Shown here: positions 23,125 to 36,360 of the stretch, one piece after another | Layout of the letters: every line of letters begins with the position of its first letter | Numbering within the stretch: position 1 is the stretch's first letter | Assembly (NCBI RefSeq): GCF_963506605.1 | Contig: NC_083282.1 | Coordinates: 9,424,001-9,488,000 of the forward strand | DNA: 64,000 nucleotides | Origin: Zootoca vivipara | Taxonomy: Eukaryota | Direction of reading: 5' to 3' | Position numbers and translations under genes: made by a program | Notes under the pieces: generated by a model | What the model was told of the DNA's origin: nothing | The model's input: only the letters and a program-made list of their open reading frames with translations | The model's database searches: none

Positions 23125-25366
23125 AACATGCCAGAAGATGGGGCTTTGTCCAGGGCTGGCAGGATGCTGGATGGCAGGGCCAGCCCCTTGTCCTGGAGGG
23201 TGCCCGTCCGTCCTTCAGCAGAAACGGCTGACTTTCAGCCACATGGAATGAGCAAGGGCTGTTGGAGAAGTGAGTTGGCGGAGAGTAGATTCCCTTGCAT
23301 AATTTTGCCCGATATGTCGGGCAGCAACTGGTTTGCGATTTCCTAGTGCAGTTACCATTCTCCCAAACCACATGTGTGGACTTGACCTGATATATCTGGG
23401 GCAAATCACGCTGGCTGCAACCTGCTCAGGATGACTGAGCCTTCCAAGGGATGTGGTGGGCACGGCAGTTGAAGATATCACCCATGTACAGTTTAACTTG
23501 TTGGGGTGAAAGGACATCGGGTTGCAGATAAGCGCCCTTGTGTGTTTGGACTTTACACCGTAAGGGCTCTTGGTGGGGCAACTTTACACAAGGCGAACTC
23601 ACTCGCTGTTGCTTTTTCTTCCGGACCAGGCGTTGCAAATCCCAGGGCCCTCAAACTTTGCCCAGACTTGGCTGCCTCGAGAACTGCAATTTCCCAGAAC
23701 ATTTTATAGCTGCCTGCTGGGCATCCTTCGGTCTTTGTCTTCCTCTTTTCCAGTACTTCAAGCTCATGCGGTTCCTCTGGGTGCATTGCTGGGATTTTCC
23801 GCCTACACTGCCTAGGATTTCTGCTAGAGTATGGGGGGGGGGGGGTGCTTGAAAAAAGCCTCCCCTGTGTGTATAGATTTCAACTTCATAGGCAAGGTTG
23901 GCAGATACCTGGAGATCTGGGGTGGTCTAGTTAAGACAGAGTGGAGTATCTGGTGTGCAGGCATTTGAAGATGGAGAATGCCAGGGAAAAACATGCCAGT
24001 ACGTAGTTTGAAACTGCATGCACCCTGGCACATGTATGTGCTGCAACAGCTACCCTTCATTCCTCGATTCTGCAGTGACTTGTTGCAAAGGCATCGCCCG
24101 TCTGTCTGATCTGAACATGCGCAGACTGACACAATAATCTAGAGTCAGGAGCATTTTGGGGCACATTAATTTTATTAACAGCCACTAAAATAAGACATTG
24201 CCCTCCTGGGACTTGTTTATGGAAGAGAGATAACATCGTTGGCCTCTGGAAAAATAGTGCTGGCTCTCATTTCTGACTCTTCAGGTCAGAGCATGTTGAT
24301 TGCTCTAGCTATAATAGTAGAGAAATACTGTAAACAAGTTTTTCAGGGGGGTCAGAAAAATGACCGACAGCAGGATCGATAAATCTCTGGAGGGAGGGAG
24401 CTCAGTAGCAGAGGCACCACCACAGAAAAGGCTGTGTCGTTACTTGCTGTTTCATTATATTTGCATTGCTTATTGCGTTGCTTTAATTATTCTTAAACTA
24501 TAAGCTACCATTTGCCGTTTTACAGCTGAAAGAAGGAACTGAAATTACTACAAGAAAAAGGGGATAAAGAAATAGATGTACCGTAGGCCATTGCCCCAAA
24601 GGATGTGAACTGCCTGGGGCTACAACCCTATAGTTACTTTCTGAAGGAAAATTCCACTGAATTTTGCAGGTCTTACTTCCAAGCAAACATGGAAGTCAAG
24701 CAGGGTAGGGAGAGCGAAAGAGCAGAATATGCCCTGGGAGGAACATGCAGCTGATCCGCAGAAAACAGAGAATGTGGGCTGCAATGCAGACTGTGCTCTC
24801 CCCTCTCCAGAATATCAGCAAGGCTCGTCCCTTAACCCCACTGCGTATCTTCCCCTTTGGTGGTTGCACCAAACGCAAATAAGACTGCCAGGTGGATGAA
24901 CGCAACTCACCCCCGTTCTGAAATTAAGATTGGAGATCAGCGAGTTCGGGAGGAAGGCAGCAGAAACGCAGGTTGAGTAGAAGTTGATTAAAGGCACAGA
25001 TAGTTCTGTTTACATTTCAGTATGTTTTTTCCGACCCCTTACACCCAGTGCCAACACATCAAGGACTTTGGCATCCTTTCTCTACTTGGAGTTAGGGTAG
25101 CAATGAAACTGGAAGCCGGCTTCCGAGTTGCTGGACTGCAGAGACTGGCTCCCACTGTGTTTCTGCTCTGCTCCTTTGTATGACCCTCAAATCCCTTTCC
25201 TATTGTGCTCAGGGTCAGGAGGCTTCTCACTGTGACCTGTTGTTGTCTGTCTCTTGCTACCAGAGTGATGTGTGCTTGCCCACTCTGTGTGTCTTGGGGG
25301 GAGGGGAGTGATTCTGATTCTTGGGCTTGGACTAACCTTCCCCTTTTCGCTCTCCTCAGTGCCAAG

Positions 25367-28300
25367 ATGGTGGTTCTCTCGAAGGAATACGGCTATGTGA
25401 TTCTCACCGGTGCGGCCAGTTTCATCTTGGTAACACACCTTGCCATCAATGTGGGGAAAGCCCGCAAGAAATACAATGTTCAGGTGAGGGGGGGGGCATT
25501 GCTGCATCAAGTCTCTGGGAAGACAAGAGTACAGACGCAACATATCCAATATAATCTGATCATTCTGCTTATTTCCTGCGGGGTCTGTTCTACCTTTTTT
25601 CAAAGAACCATGTTTTTTTAGACCTCATGGCCAGTGGCGTGGGATTTTTTCCCTTTGCTGACTGGAAAGTGGGTGGGTTCTCTCTCCCCCTTCCTTTGGT
25701 GCGCTCTTGAGTAAGCCATGCGCAAATGGCAACACTGCAGGCAGCTAATGCTACTTTCTGCCAGGTGACATGCTGCCTCAGTGGAACCTCCATAGTCAAA
25801 GGCAGTGTACCTCGATGAGTGCCAGTTGCTGAGAGGGCTCTTCCCTTCATGCCCTGCTTGCAAATGCCCAAGTAGCACATGGGTGGCCGTTGATGGAAAC
25901 GGCCTAGATAGACCTTGAATCTGTTCCAGTTCTGGTGTTTGCACGCATTATGTAGGCAGGCCTTGAAGGTGGCTCAGGGCATCCTTGACAGTAGATTTGA
26001 TATTCATATCATAGCTTCCAACTCTCTCTTGGTTTTTTTTAATCTGTGAGGACTTGGGTGAGGAATTTGTGAGTTGGCTTTTGCCAAACGCCCACAGCTG
26101 GCAGCGCTGCACCAATGTTTCTAATCTGAAAGCTGCCGCAGGGGGAACGAGCTGCGTGGCCGCTCTTGCCGGCTTCTGTGGTTCTCAGCTGCTAGCATCG
26201 CTTGGAGAGAGGGTGAGCCGTTTTCCAGGGGTCTCCGAAACAGAGGAGCCTTCTAAGAAACCCTCCGCTCCAAATCGTGCACAGAAAAATACTTCCTCTC
26301 CTCTTCCTGGAAGGCTTTGCTGCCACAGTTGGGAAGGAGGCCAGAGGGTGTGTCTGCTCGCTAGTGAGTCATAAGCCTCTCTAAAAAACAACTGGAGCCG
26401 GGCTTTGTGCATGGTTTCTCGTGGCTCAGGAATGGGTGGGGGACTTCAGCCATAAGACTGGCAAGCCGTGTCCCTACCACTCCTCTTCTTTGGCACTCTC
26501 GCTTCTGTGTTAGTTCATTCCTGCAAAGAGCCTTTGAAATGCACTTTGCACGCAAACATAAAGGGAGAAGAAGCAACTTGGGAGGGGAGGGTTGCTGCTG
26601 TTGTGTTTGGGCTCTTATCCCCCTTGTGGCGAGTGACCTGGCTCGTTTCACCTGCTATTGTTGACTTTTGCTTTGAGACGCCATGGCTTCTTCCAGGTCT
26701 GGCCGGAGACCAGGCTGGAAAAAAGGAGAGTTTCTTCCTCTCCTGCCATGGTGGGAAGGCTTGCAGGCAGAAGGCAAGGGAAAGATGGCAGGAAACAGCA
26801 GGAAAGTCTCGCACAAAAGGAGCACGCTCAGACACATGATATGTCTGTGAATGTGCGTTTCCGGCAAAGTGCAAAACAGAAGCCCAATCAGTCAGTGGCT
26901 GCCATGGCTCCATTCTGTGTGCCCATTGGGTGTGGGAATAGAGTAACACATTGATCACTAGGTAGCATGTGGAACGCTTAAATGGCTCAGGACCGCAATA
27001 CTTCAAGGACCGCCTCTTTCCGTATGGACCTACCCAGACCCCGAGATCATCTTCTGAGGCCCTCCTTTGTGTGCCTCCTCCTCGAGAGGCCCGATGGGTG
27101 GCAACATGAAAACAGGGCCTTCTCTGCAGTGGCTCGCCGCCTGTGGAATGCTCTTCATTATACACCTTTAGGCGCCAGGCAGAAATGTTCCCTTTTAACC
27201 AGGCCTTTGGTTGATCTGATTGACATCCTATGCCCTTTTAAAATGTGGCTCTTTTGTAGGGGGGCTATTGGGTTGTTGTTTTTATTTTTATTATGTATTT
27301 TGTAGTTTTATATTTTGATTTTATCTGTGAACTGCCCTGAGACCCCCGGGTATAGGGCGGTATATAAATTACAACAACAACGACAGCTTTCAACTCCATA
27401 GTTGATGAGGTGTGGACATTTACTTTCTCACTTTCTCTCTCCCCCTCCCCCCACTAACCTCCCTCAAAAGTACCCAAACATGTACAGCACAGACCCTGAA
27501 AATGGACATCTCTTCAACTGTATCCAGAGGGCACACCAAAACACGTGAGTATCCCTCGGCACGAGGAATTTAATTTTGCTTTCTTAGATGTTTTAGATGT
27601 CTTAGATGTGGTGCAGATGCTGCTGCTTTGAGAAACCATTCTCAGTGCAGCAATCCCTTCCGTGCTGCCTGTAGCAGGCGTGATACCTGAGGAAATCCAT
27701 ATTCTAAATGCCTGTCCCAGTTGTGGAATCATAGAATCTTAGAGTTGGAAGGGACCCCAAGGGTCATCTAGTCCAGCCCCCTGTGATGCAGGAATCTCAG
27801 CAAAAGCAGCCTTGAGAGATGGCCCTCCAACCTCTGCTTAAAAACCTCCAAGGAAGGAGAGTCCACCGCCTTCCGAGGGAGTCAAAAGGCTCTTGCCGTC
27901 GGAAAGTTCTTCCTGGTGTTTAGCTGGAATCTCCTTCCTTGTAACATGAAGCCATGGGTTCGAGTCCTACCCTCCAGAGCAGGAGAAAACAAGCCTGTTC
28001 CCTCTTCCGTGTGTCAGCCCTTGCAATAGTCTTTTGACTGTTGAGTGTGTTGCTACGGCCAGTGACTTGTCAGCGAAAGGCTTGTCGGAGGCTAGGGTTG
28101 CCAGACTCACTAGAGGACAGGACTTCTGTGCCTTTAATTGCCCTGCTCTCTTTTGAGTCTGGAAACCTTAAAGAGAAACCAGCAGACCCAACCAGCCCCA
28201 GACTCAAAAGAGAGCAGGGCAATTAAAGGCACAGGAGTCCTGTCCTCTATTGAGTCTGGCAACCCTATCGGAGGCAGATAGTCCCTGGGTGGTTCAGGAG

Positions 28301-31300
28301 TCTGCATTGCTGGAGCTCAGAGCTCATGCAACAGCCAGGAAAGGTGGGTTACGGAATCCTGAGGAAATTTCCAGCTTGTGGAAGTGAAATTTTGCTGACC
28401 TTTCCTGTTGAGAGAGAGCATGCGATTCCTACATCAATATATGTTGGGAGTCCCTGTCTTTGGACCTTTGCACCTCAACTGTGTGCCTGCCTCGGCCTTC
28501 CTTTCCTCCCCTTTATACCAATCCTGTATACTCTGCTCTGAACCTCCTCTTAATTCATGTGTGCACACCCCAGAGGTTGGAACGGGGAAGATGCAGTAAG
28601 GAATACCCCGTGCAGAAGAGCAGTCTTTGTCTCCTTGGCTCCCTGACAGAGCTGCAGAGGCCCGACTTTTCCGTAGCAGGAAGGAATCGTTGCAAGCGTG
28701 CAAATTATTCAGGGGCAGCTGTGAAATCTGCTGCCTTCTTCCTTGCAGCCTCTTGTTGAGAATGATGGCCTGGTCTCTGAGCCAGCTGGCACGAAGGAGG
28801 GAGCTCATTCCAGGCCATTTAAAAACAGAATCAAAGCCACAACACACACAACTGTCTCTGTTCTTGCAGGTTAGAAGTGTATTCCTCCTTCTTATTCTTT
28901 CTTGGAGTGAGCGGCATCTACTTCCCGGTAAGTACCGAGATGAGAGACTTTGGGGTTTGTTTTTCCGCGGCCTGCTCAGTGTGAGTAAAGCCTGGGTGTG
29001 ACTGCGAAGCCCAAGGTAGTTGATTCCCTGCTGTAGTTTCTCTGGGGCAGAGCTCAGGAACATCCATACTGGTCAAATCTGGACAACAATAACATCAACA
29101 AATTCTTTCCAGTAGCACCTTAGGTAAAGGTAAAGGGCCCCCTGACTATCAGGTCCAGTCGTGTCTGACGCTGGGGTTGCGGCGTTCATCTCGCTCTATA
29201 GGCCGAGGGAGCCGGCGTTTGTCCACAGACAGCTTCCGGGTCATGTGGCCAGCATGACAAAGCTGCTTCTGGCGAACCAGAGCAGCGCACGGAAACGCTG
29301 TTTACCTTCCCGCCGGAGCGGTCCCTATTTATCTACTTGCACTTTGAGGTGCTTTCGAACTGCTAGGTGGGCAGGAGCTGGGACCGAGCAACTCGAGCTC
29401 ACCCCGTTGCAGGGATTCGAACCGCCGACCTTCTGATCAGCAAACCCTAGACTCTGTGGTTTAACCCACAGCGCCACCTGGGTCCCTAGAGACCAACTAA
29501 CTTTGTCATTGGTATGAGCTTTCGTGTACATGCACACTTCTTCAGATACCAATATATACTATTAATACCAACAGAGTATTAATAGTAATAATAAAAAAGT
29601 GATAAACATCAAACATGGAAAAACTTCCCTAATCAGGGCTGCCTTCAGATGTCTTCTAAAAGTCAGGTAGTTGCTTATTTCCTTGACATCTGATGGGAGG
29701 GCGTTCCACAGGGTGGGGGCCACCACCCACCAGGAAGGCCTTCTGCCTGGTTCCCTGTAACTTTGCTTCTCGCAGTGAGGGAACCGCCAGAAGGCCCTCA
29801 GAGCTGGACCTCAGTGTCTGGGCAGAACGATGGGGGTGGAGACACTCCTTCAGGTATCCTGGGCCGAGGCCGTTTAGGGCTTTAAAGGTCAGCACCAACA
29901 CTTTGAATTGTGCTCGGAAACACACTAGGTCTTTCAAGACCAGTGCTATGTGGTCTCGGCGGCTGCTCCCAGTCACCAGTCTAGCTGCCGCATTCTGGAT
30001 TAGTTGTAGTTTCCGGGTCACCTTCAAAGGTAGCCCCACGTAGAGCGCATTGCAGTAGTCCAAGCACCAAGTCGTATAGAGCATGATGTTGTTAGCTCCT
30101 CTCAGTACAGCCTGCCAAGCGCTTCCCCACTGATCAGAAATTATCAGTATTCTTATGCTGCCACACAGCTTAGGACAGGCATCCCCAAACTTCGGCCCTC
30201 CAGATATTTTGGACTACAATTCCCATCATGCCTGACCACTGGTCCTGTTAGCTAAGGATCATGGGAGTTGTAGGCCAAAACATCTGGAGGGCCGCAGTTT
30301 GGGGATGCCTGGCTTAGGAGCAGTGTTTTTTTGCATGGTAGGGGAGAGCCTTTAACCTCTTTCCTACCCTCATTGCAGCCATTTTAATAGAGAAAGTGAG
30401 ACAGACAGACAAGGAAGGTCAGCTCAACTTTAGATCTACAAAAACCTCAAGCTGGTGTGCTTTCCCACCCACCCCTTTTCAAATTTGGGAGCAAGCGAGA
30501 GAGAGCTGCTCCTTGCACTTTTAAATTAGTCCTCAATATATCCTTCACCCAAGTTGTCAGTGGCTTTGAACCTAGCCCAGTAGCAGAAGGGCAGCCAGGG
30601 CTTTAATGTTGGTGTTATATGCTGTTGACCCCTGGCCCCCACCCATATTCTAGTTGCCATATTCTGCACTAGGTGGAGTTTCCAGGCAAGGCCCGAGGGC
30701 AGCCCCCTCCCCCCCCCAAACAGCAATCTAGCTTTGAGATTACCAGCTCATGGACTACAGGAGTCAAGCTCTCCTTATCCATAAATTGATACGGCTGGTG
30801 TACCAGGTGAAGTTCGGAAAAGGCACTCCTATCCACAGAGGCTGCTTGACCCTCTAATGACAGTGACGTGTCAAGGAGGACCCCAAAACTCCTTTACAGG
30901 AGGGTGTAAATCAAGTCCAGACAGGCAGTTGACCAATTTCCTGGACACGGCAACCACCGCTCAACAGGGTCTCTGCCTTCTCAGGACTGAAACGCTGCTT
31001 ATTGGTCCCCGTTCTGCACTCCACTGTGTCCAGGCAGCAGCTCCTAATTCAAACGTTACCATAGACTTGTTGGAAGGGGCACAAGGGTCATCTAGTCCAA
31101 CCCCCTGCAATGCAGGAATCTCAACTAAAAGCATCCATGACAGATGGCCATCCAACCTCTGCTTAAATACCTCCAAGGAAGGAGAATCCACAGCCATCTG
31201 AGGGGAGTCTGTCGGAACAGCTGTCAGTGTCATCATACTGATGAGCACTCACTCCAAAACTTCTATCGACTGCCCCCTTTTGTTCCATATAGATGTTAAA

Positions 31301-32831
31301 ACAAAACTGGAGACAAAATAGAAGCTGCACATTCTAATCAGCACAGTCCCCCCCCCCCAATGAGAAGTGACTATTTCTGCTTTTTTCCCCAGCGGGTTGC
31401 TACAGGACTAGGTGCATCTTGGATCATCGGAAGACTGCTTTATGCTTACGGCTACTACACAGGAGGTGGGTTTATGGGGCTGGTAAACGCAATCCGTTCA
31501 TCACCTGCAGAGTTTTCCTTGGACCCCAACTGGATCTGTTGCCAAACTCTTCCATGCACTGTGCAAGAGCTTGGAAACGGGAGCAAACAGTTGGGAATCA
31601 AGAGGAATGGTCTGCCTTATGCTTCCCGCCCCCCCTCCCATAAGAGTAGGAAGCTATGTTTAGAATGAAAATAGTGGGATTTCATCCCATTATGCAATGC
31701 CTTAACTCCATCCTCCTTTGCAAGAAAAAGAGATACATTCTCTGGAGCACATACTGAAGTGTTGACTCAAGAGTATAAGAAGCACACTGATAATTTCATT
31801 GCCCCCCCCCCCCAAACAGCTTTGGGGGGTGGTAGATTTACAATCAAGCAGAATATAAATTTTGGGAAACAAATAAAATAAATATTTCACATATGGAGCG
31901 CTAGAGGATGTACACAGGGGGTCCCAAGGTTGCACACACACACACCCCTCCAAACACACCCCAAAATCTCAAAACTACTGGACTTCTCCCCGCTTAGAAT
32001 CAGCTGGTTTTTGTTATCAAATTTATTTATTTGTAAAATGCTTATAGACCACCATCTCATGCATAACATCAAGGCAGTGTGCAACAATATTTTACAAATA
32101 CATTGTTGCTGTTGTCATCAGTCTTGAGAGACAATGGAGTGCACCTTCCAGGGTGAAGTCAAACGGCTGGAGAATCGCAGCGCCTGCTGTGGCTGCAGAG
32201 GCTGGTAACTCTTAACTGCTGCCTCCTGCATTATTTTTCCTGCATTAGGAGCACCACAGTGACCCCTCTGGGGTGCAAGCCTGGGCAGTGTGCATGGAGG
32301 TCCTCTCTGGAAGGTGTGAGAAGGAGCAGTCTAGGAAAGCAGAAATAGTAGTTCATGAATGTGTTTCCTGCTGACATTTGGCCACCAAAGCCTCTAACTT
32401 TTTGTACTGAAGCCTGTGTCTTGCCTTTGATAGCATATCTTGAAGGGGGCGGTAAAAAAAATGAAAACCTGATGTTTTAGAGGTACCCTTTGTGGGCAAA
32501 ACAACCACTGAGTTTATCCTGGGTAGATTGCAGAATAGCGTGCACGGCTGCACTGCGAGCCAACTGCCCTTTCTGCGTCCTGCACGCTTTGAAAGTTTTG
32601 GCGCTCTGGCTGGGTAGCTGAAAAGAAAGGCTTCTCGCAACAAGCGAAGCTGGAATATCAGCTGCTTGCCTTGCTTCTCGTACCAAGAGTGAGTCATGTG
32701 AACCTCACCTTTTCCTTACAGATCCCAAGAAACGAAACCGAGGAGTCCTCGGCTCTTTGGCACTTCTCGGATTGGCAGGGACCACCGTTTACTCTGCTTT
32801 GGTGCATCTTGGCTGGGTGTGCGGTAACTAG
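25367..32831 (+). CDS. MGST3: Microsomal glutathione S-transferase 3. Coding exons 25367-25483, 27471-27544, 28870-28927, 31393-31465, 32722-32831; 143 aa
   Basis: [15 protein letters not shown]...[84 protein letters not shown]...[13 protein letters not shown] motif [10 protein letters not shown] present; all introns GT-AG and in frame. Confidence 0.97.
26975..27370 (+). mobile_element. L2-like LINE 3' fragment
   Basis: RAFSAVA..LWNAL remnant; inverted homolog at 33070-33370. Confidence 0.65.
27727..28025 (-). mobile_element. CR1 LINE 3' fragment
   Basis: aatcatagaatc..agagttggaagggacc...ggtcatctagtcc CR1 terminus; related copy at 31060-31215. Confidence 0.75.
28093..28267. mobile_element. 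Palindromic hAT (Tip100-like) MITE
   Basis: TIR TAGGGTTGCCAGACTCA, perfect 8-bp TSD TCGGAGGC, arms about 80 bp. Confidence 0.9.
29124..29487 (-). mobile_element. Full-length Sauria SINE (Squam1) nested in a Penelope-type fragment
   Basis: (ACCTTT)n tail and GGGACCCAGGTGGCGCTGTGG head on the - strand. Confidence 0.85.
29508..29553 (-). ncRNA. Minimal hammerhead ribozyme motif, antisense in MGST3 intron
   Basis: AUUGGUAU-CUGAAGA-A-GUGUG(CAUG)UACAC-GAAA-GC-UC-AUACCAAU, with an 8-bp stem I. Confidence 0.75.
29600..30085 (-). mobile_element. L2 LINE 3' fragment
   Basis: ORF 29656-30084: [27 protein letters not shown]. Confidence 0.85.
30176..30311. mobile_element. hAT-Charlie-like hairpin MITE
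   Basis: TIR CAGGCATCCCCAAAC, 8-bp TSD GCTTAGGA. Confidence 0.9.
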
Positions 32832-32911
32832 ATGACACCCCCTCTGTGGCTGCCTGGAAAGCCTTTAAATCTTTCAATAATGCAATTATATTTTAATTAT
32901 AAAAAAAATCA

Positions 32912-32917
32912 AATAAA
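32912..32917 (+). terminator. Putative polyadenylation signal of MGST3
   Basis: AATAAA about 80 nt after the stop codon, followed by a T/C-rich region. Confidence 0.6.
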
Positions 32918-33660
32918 AGCCAACATTAACCATAACTGCTCTCTTTCCCTTCATTCTTGATATAATCTGTTTATAAGCCTTATTCCTCTCCACACCAAAC
33001 ACTTTCCCTGAGCTCTAGCCCTGCACAGGCAGCACATGGTAAATGTGGTTATTTTTAAAATTATTATTATTTATTGAATTAATATACCTTCCTATACCCA
33101 GAGTTCTCAGGGCGGTTCACAGAAAAGATCACAATATATAAATTCAAAATAAAAACAATAACCCAATAACACACACACCCCACAAAGACCCACATTTTAA
33201 AAGGGCATAGAATGTCGATCAGGTCAACCAAAGGCCTGATTAAAAAGGAACGTTTTTGCCTGGCACCTAAAGGTGTATAATGGAGGTGCAAGGCAAACTT
33301 CCCTGGGGAGAGCATTCCCCAGACAGGGAGCCACTGCAGAGAAGGCCCTGTTTTTGTGCTGCCACCCTCCGGACCTCTTGAGTTGGTGATGCTTGCCAGA
33401 GGGGTGTGGAAGACCTGCCAGGGTGACCATGCCCAATGGAATTGTATGCTTAAGAACATAAGACAAGCAGATCTAGTCCAGCAATTCTGTTCTCAGAGTG
33501 GCCAACCCAATGTCTCTGAGAAGCCCACACGGAGCCCATGACTGTATCAGCGTTCTCCCACCAACTGATTCTCGGACGCACGCTGCCTCTTACCAAGGAA
33601 GTAGAATGGAATTGTCAATATTGTCTGTGCATTTTCTCTCTTCCTCCTATAAAGCTTGTT

Positions 33661-33817
33661 ACAGGTAAGGTAGCCGTGTTGGTCTGACGTAGTCAAAACA
33701 AAAAAATAAAATCCTTCCAGTAGCACCTTGGAGGCCAACTAAGTTTGTCGTAGGTATGAGCTTTCGTGTGCATGCACACTTCTTCAGGTACACTGAAACA
33801 GAAGTCACCAGACCCTA
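33661..33817 (-). mobile_element. Penelope-type fragment with hammerhead motif at 33754-33791
   Basis: Same module as 7836-7990 in reverse orientation; CUGAAGA and GAAA core intact. Confidence 0.7.
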
Positions 33818-34427
33818 TGAAGGTTGCACAGTTTTAAGTACTGCCTACTTGAATCTCCGTGGCATCTTCTTACCTGAGTTTCCACATAGCTGCTCTCGCA
33901 CTGCATAATCCAACTTGAAATTTTTATGCCGAATCTTGGAGAGCGATAAACATTGTTGCTGTTCTTAAGACATATATTGATGGACAGCAGACTCTGTCCA
34001 TGTCTGCCCTGCCAAGCCAAAACGCAGGATGCCACTTGGAAAAGATGCCTCACCCACTGCCAGTTCATTTTTGCATGCTGCTGGCTTGAGACAGGGGACA
34101 GGGGGCAGGGGACTGCTTCCAGTGTCCCTGTGAGGAACTCTTTCCTCCCCAAAGCTGGCCTTTTGCTGCATTTTTGTCTCTTTAACTGGCCCAAGTTGGT
34201 GGTTCCTCTAGACCTGTCCTCCTTGCCATTCGTTTCAGGATTGCTGGCTCTCCCGAGGCTTAGCAGGGGCCACAGCATAGGATCTAAAAGGGGGTGCCTG
34301 GGAGATTAAAAAGTGCAGCTGCTGTAACAGGGATGGGGCCAGTACGGTAGTGACACGTGGTTTGGGCGAGGATGTGGAGCCTGGCTACAGACACCGCCTT
34401 GGAGTTTGCAGACTGTTAGTTCTGCAG

Positions 34428-35614
34428 GATTTCGAAAGGGCAGAGGAACCAGAGACCAAATAGCAAACATGCACTGGATTATGGAGAAAGCTAGAGAGTT
34501 CCAGAAAAACGTCTACTTCTGCTTCATTGACTATGCAAAAGCCTTTGACTGTGTCGACCACAGCAAACTATGGCAAGTTCTTAAAGAAATGGGAGTGCCT
34601 GATCACCTCATCTGTCTCCTGAGAAATCTCTATGTGGGACAAGAAGCTACAGTTAGAACTGGATATGGAACAACTGAGTGGTTCAAAATTGGGAAAGGAG
34701 TACGACAAGGTTGTATATTGTCTCCCTGCTTATTTAACTTCTATGCAGAATTCATCATGCGAAAGGCTGGACTAGATGAATCCCAAGCCGGAATTAAGAT
34801 TGCTGGAAGAAATATCAACAACCTCAGATATGCAGATGACACAACCTTGATGGCAGAAAGCGAGGAGGAATTAAAGAACCTTTTAATGAGGGTGAAAGAG
34901 GAGAGCGCAAAATATGGTCTGAAGCTCAACATCAAAAAAACCAAGATCATGGCCACTGGTCCCATCACCTCCTGGCAAATAGAAGGGGAAGAAATGGAGG
35001 CAGTGAGAGATTTTACTTTCTTGGGCTCCTTGATCACTGCAGATGGTGACAGCAGTCACGAAATTAAAAGACGCCTGCTTCTTGGGAGAAAAGCAATGAC
35101 AAACCTAGACAGCATCTTAAAAAGCAGAGACATCACCTTGCCGACAAAGGTCCGTATAGTTAAAGCTATGGTTTTCCCAGTAGTGATGTATGGAAGTGAG
35201 AGTTGGACCATAAAGAAGGCTGATCGCCGAAGAATTGATGCTTTTGAATTATGGTGCTGAAAGAGACTCTTGAGAGTCCCATGGACTGCAAGAAGATCAA
35301 ACCTATCCATTCTTAAGGAAATCAGCCCTGAGTGCTCCCTGGAAGGACAGATCGTGAAGCTGAGGCTCCAATACTTTGGCCACCTCATGAGAAGAGAAGA
35401 ATCCTTGGAAAAGACCCTGATGTTGGGAAAGATTGAGGGCACTAGGAGAAGGGGACGACAGAGGACAAGATGGTTGGACAGTGTTCTCGAAGCTACGAAC
35501 ATGAGTTTGACCAAACTGCGGGAGGCAGTGCAAGACAGGAGTGCCTGGCGTGCTCTGGTCCATGGGGTCACGAAGAGTCGGACACGACTAAACGACTAAA
35601 CAACAACAACAACA
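34428..35614 (+). mobile_element. BovB (RTE) LINE, 5'-truncated, RT domain, one nonsense codon at 35258
   Basis: ORFs 34406-35260 and 35270-35599 are in one frame (FIDYAKAFDCVDH, GVRQGCILSP, YADD). (CAA)n tail, 10-bp TSD AGTTCTGCAG. Confidence 0.95.
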
Positions 35615-36129
35615 AGTTCTGCAGTAGGGAAACAACTAGAAAAACCTTTCAAGCTATGCTGAAACCACCTGCCACTGCCTCCTTTTTGAGCTTGCATTCC
35701 TCCCCTCCGTTGCGTTGAGGGCCCTGAAGATGGAACTTCATGTTTTTCAGACAAGACCCTGATACCTAGTGATCTGATATTCACCATGCACAGCCGAAGT
35801 GTGCAGAATTGTGCGTTGGGAGGGGCAGTAACTTGGGAGCCTCAGGTTTGCTTTGCAAAATCTGGGTTGCTCCGGCGAAAACCTCCTTGTACCCAGGCTT
35901 GGGAGGGGGGTGAATAGTCTACATACTGTACTTCAAAGTAAGTTCAGTGAAACACAAAAAGGCCCTAGTCAACAAGAAGGCATAGAATTGAGGCTGTGCC
36001 TTTTATTACACAGCAGGCAACACTGGACTGTTTGCAGTGGCATCCCCGCACCATATTTTATTTTACATATTTTCCATTGTGGTGAGAGTTGGCACTTAGG
36101 CGAGTGCCATCTGAATTAGGGTTTAGCTA

Positions 36130-36360
36130 TTCGAAAGCACGTCAAAAAATGCAAGTAGATAAATAGGAACCACTACAGCGGGAAGGTAAACGGCGTTTCC
36201 ATGTGCTGCTCTGGTTTGCCAGAAGCGGCTTTGTCATGCTGGCCACATGACCTGGAAGCTATACGCCGGCTCCCTCGGCCAATAATGCGAGATGAGTGCG
36301 CAACCCCAGAGTCGGTCACGACTGGACCTAATGGTCAGGGGTCCCTTTACCTTTACCTTT
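36130..36360 (+). mobile_element. Sauria SINE, 5'-truncated
   Basis: Ends in ccctttacctttaccttt; homologous to 29124-29487. Confidence 0.75.

Noticed and set aside
27441-27470. Possible U12-type intron (CTAAC close to an AAG acceptor)
   Set aside because: The donor is GTGAGG, not GTATCCTT, and the branch site is not TCCTTAAC; an ordinary U2 intron.
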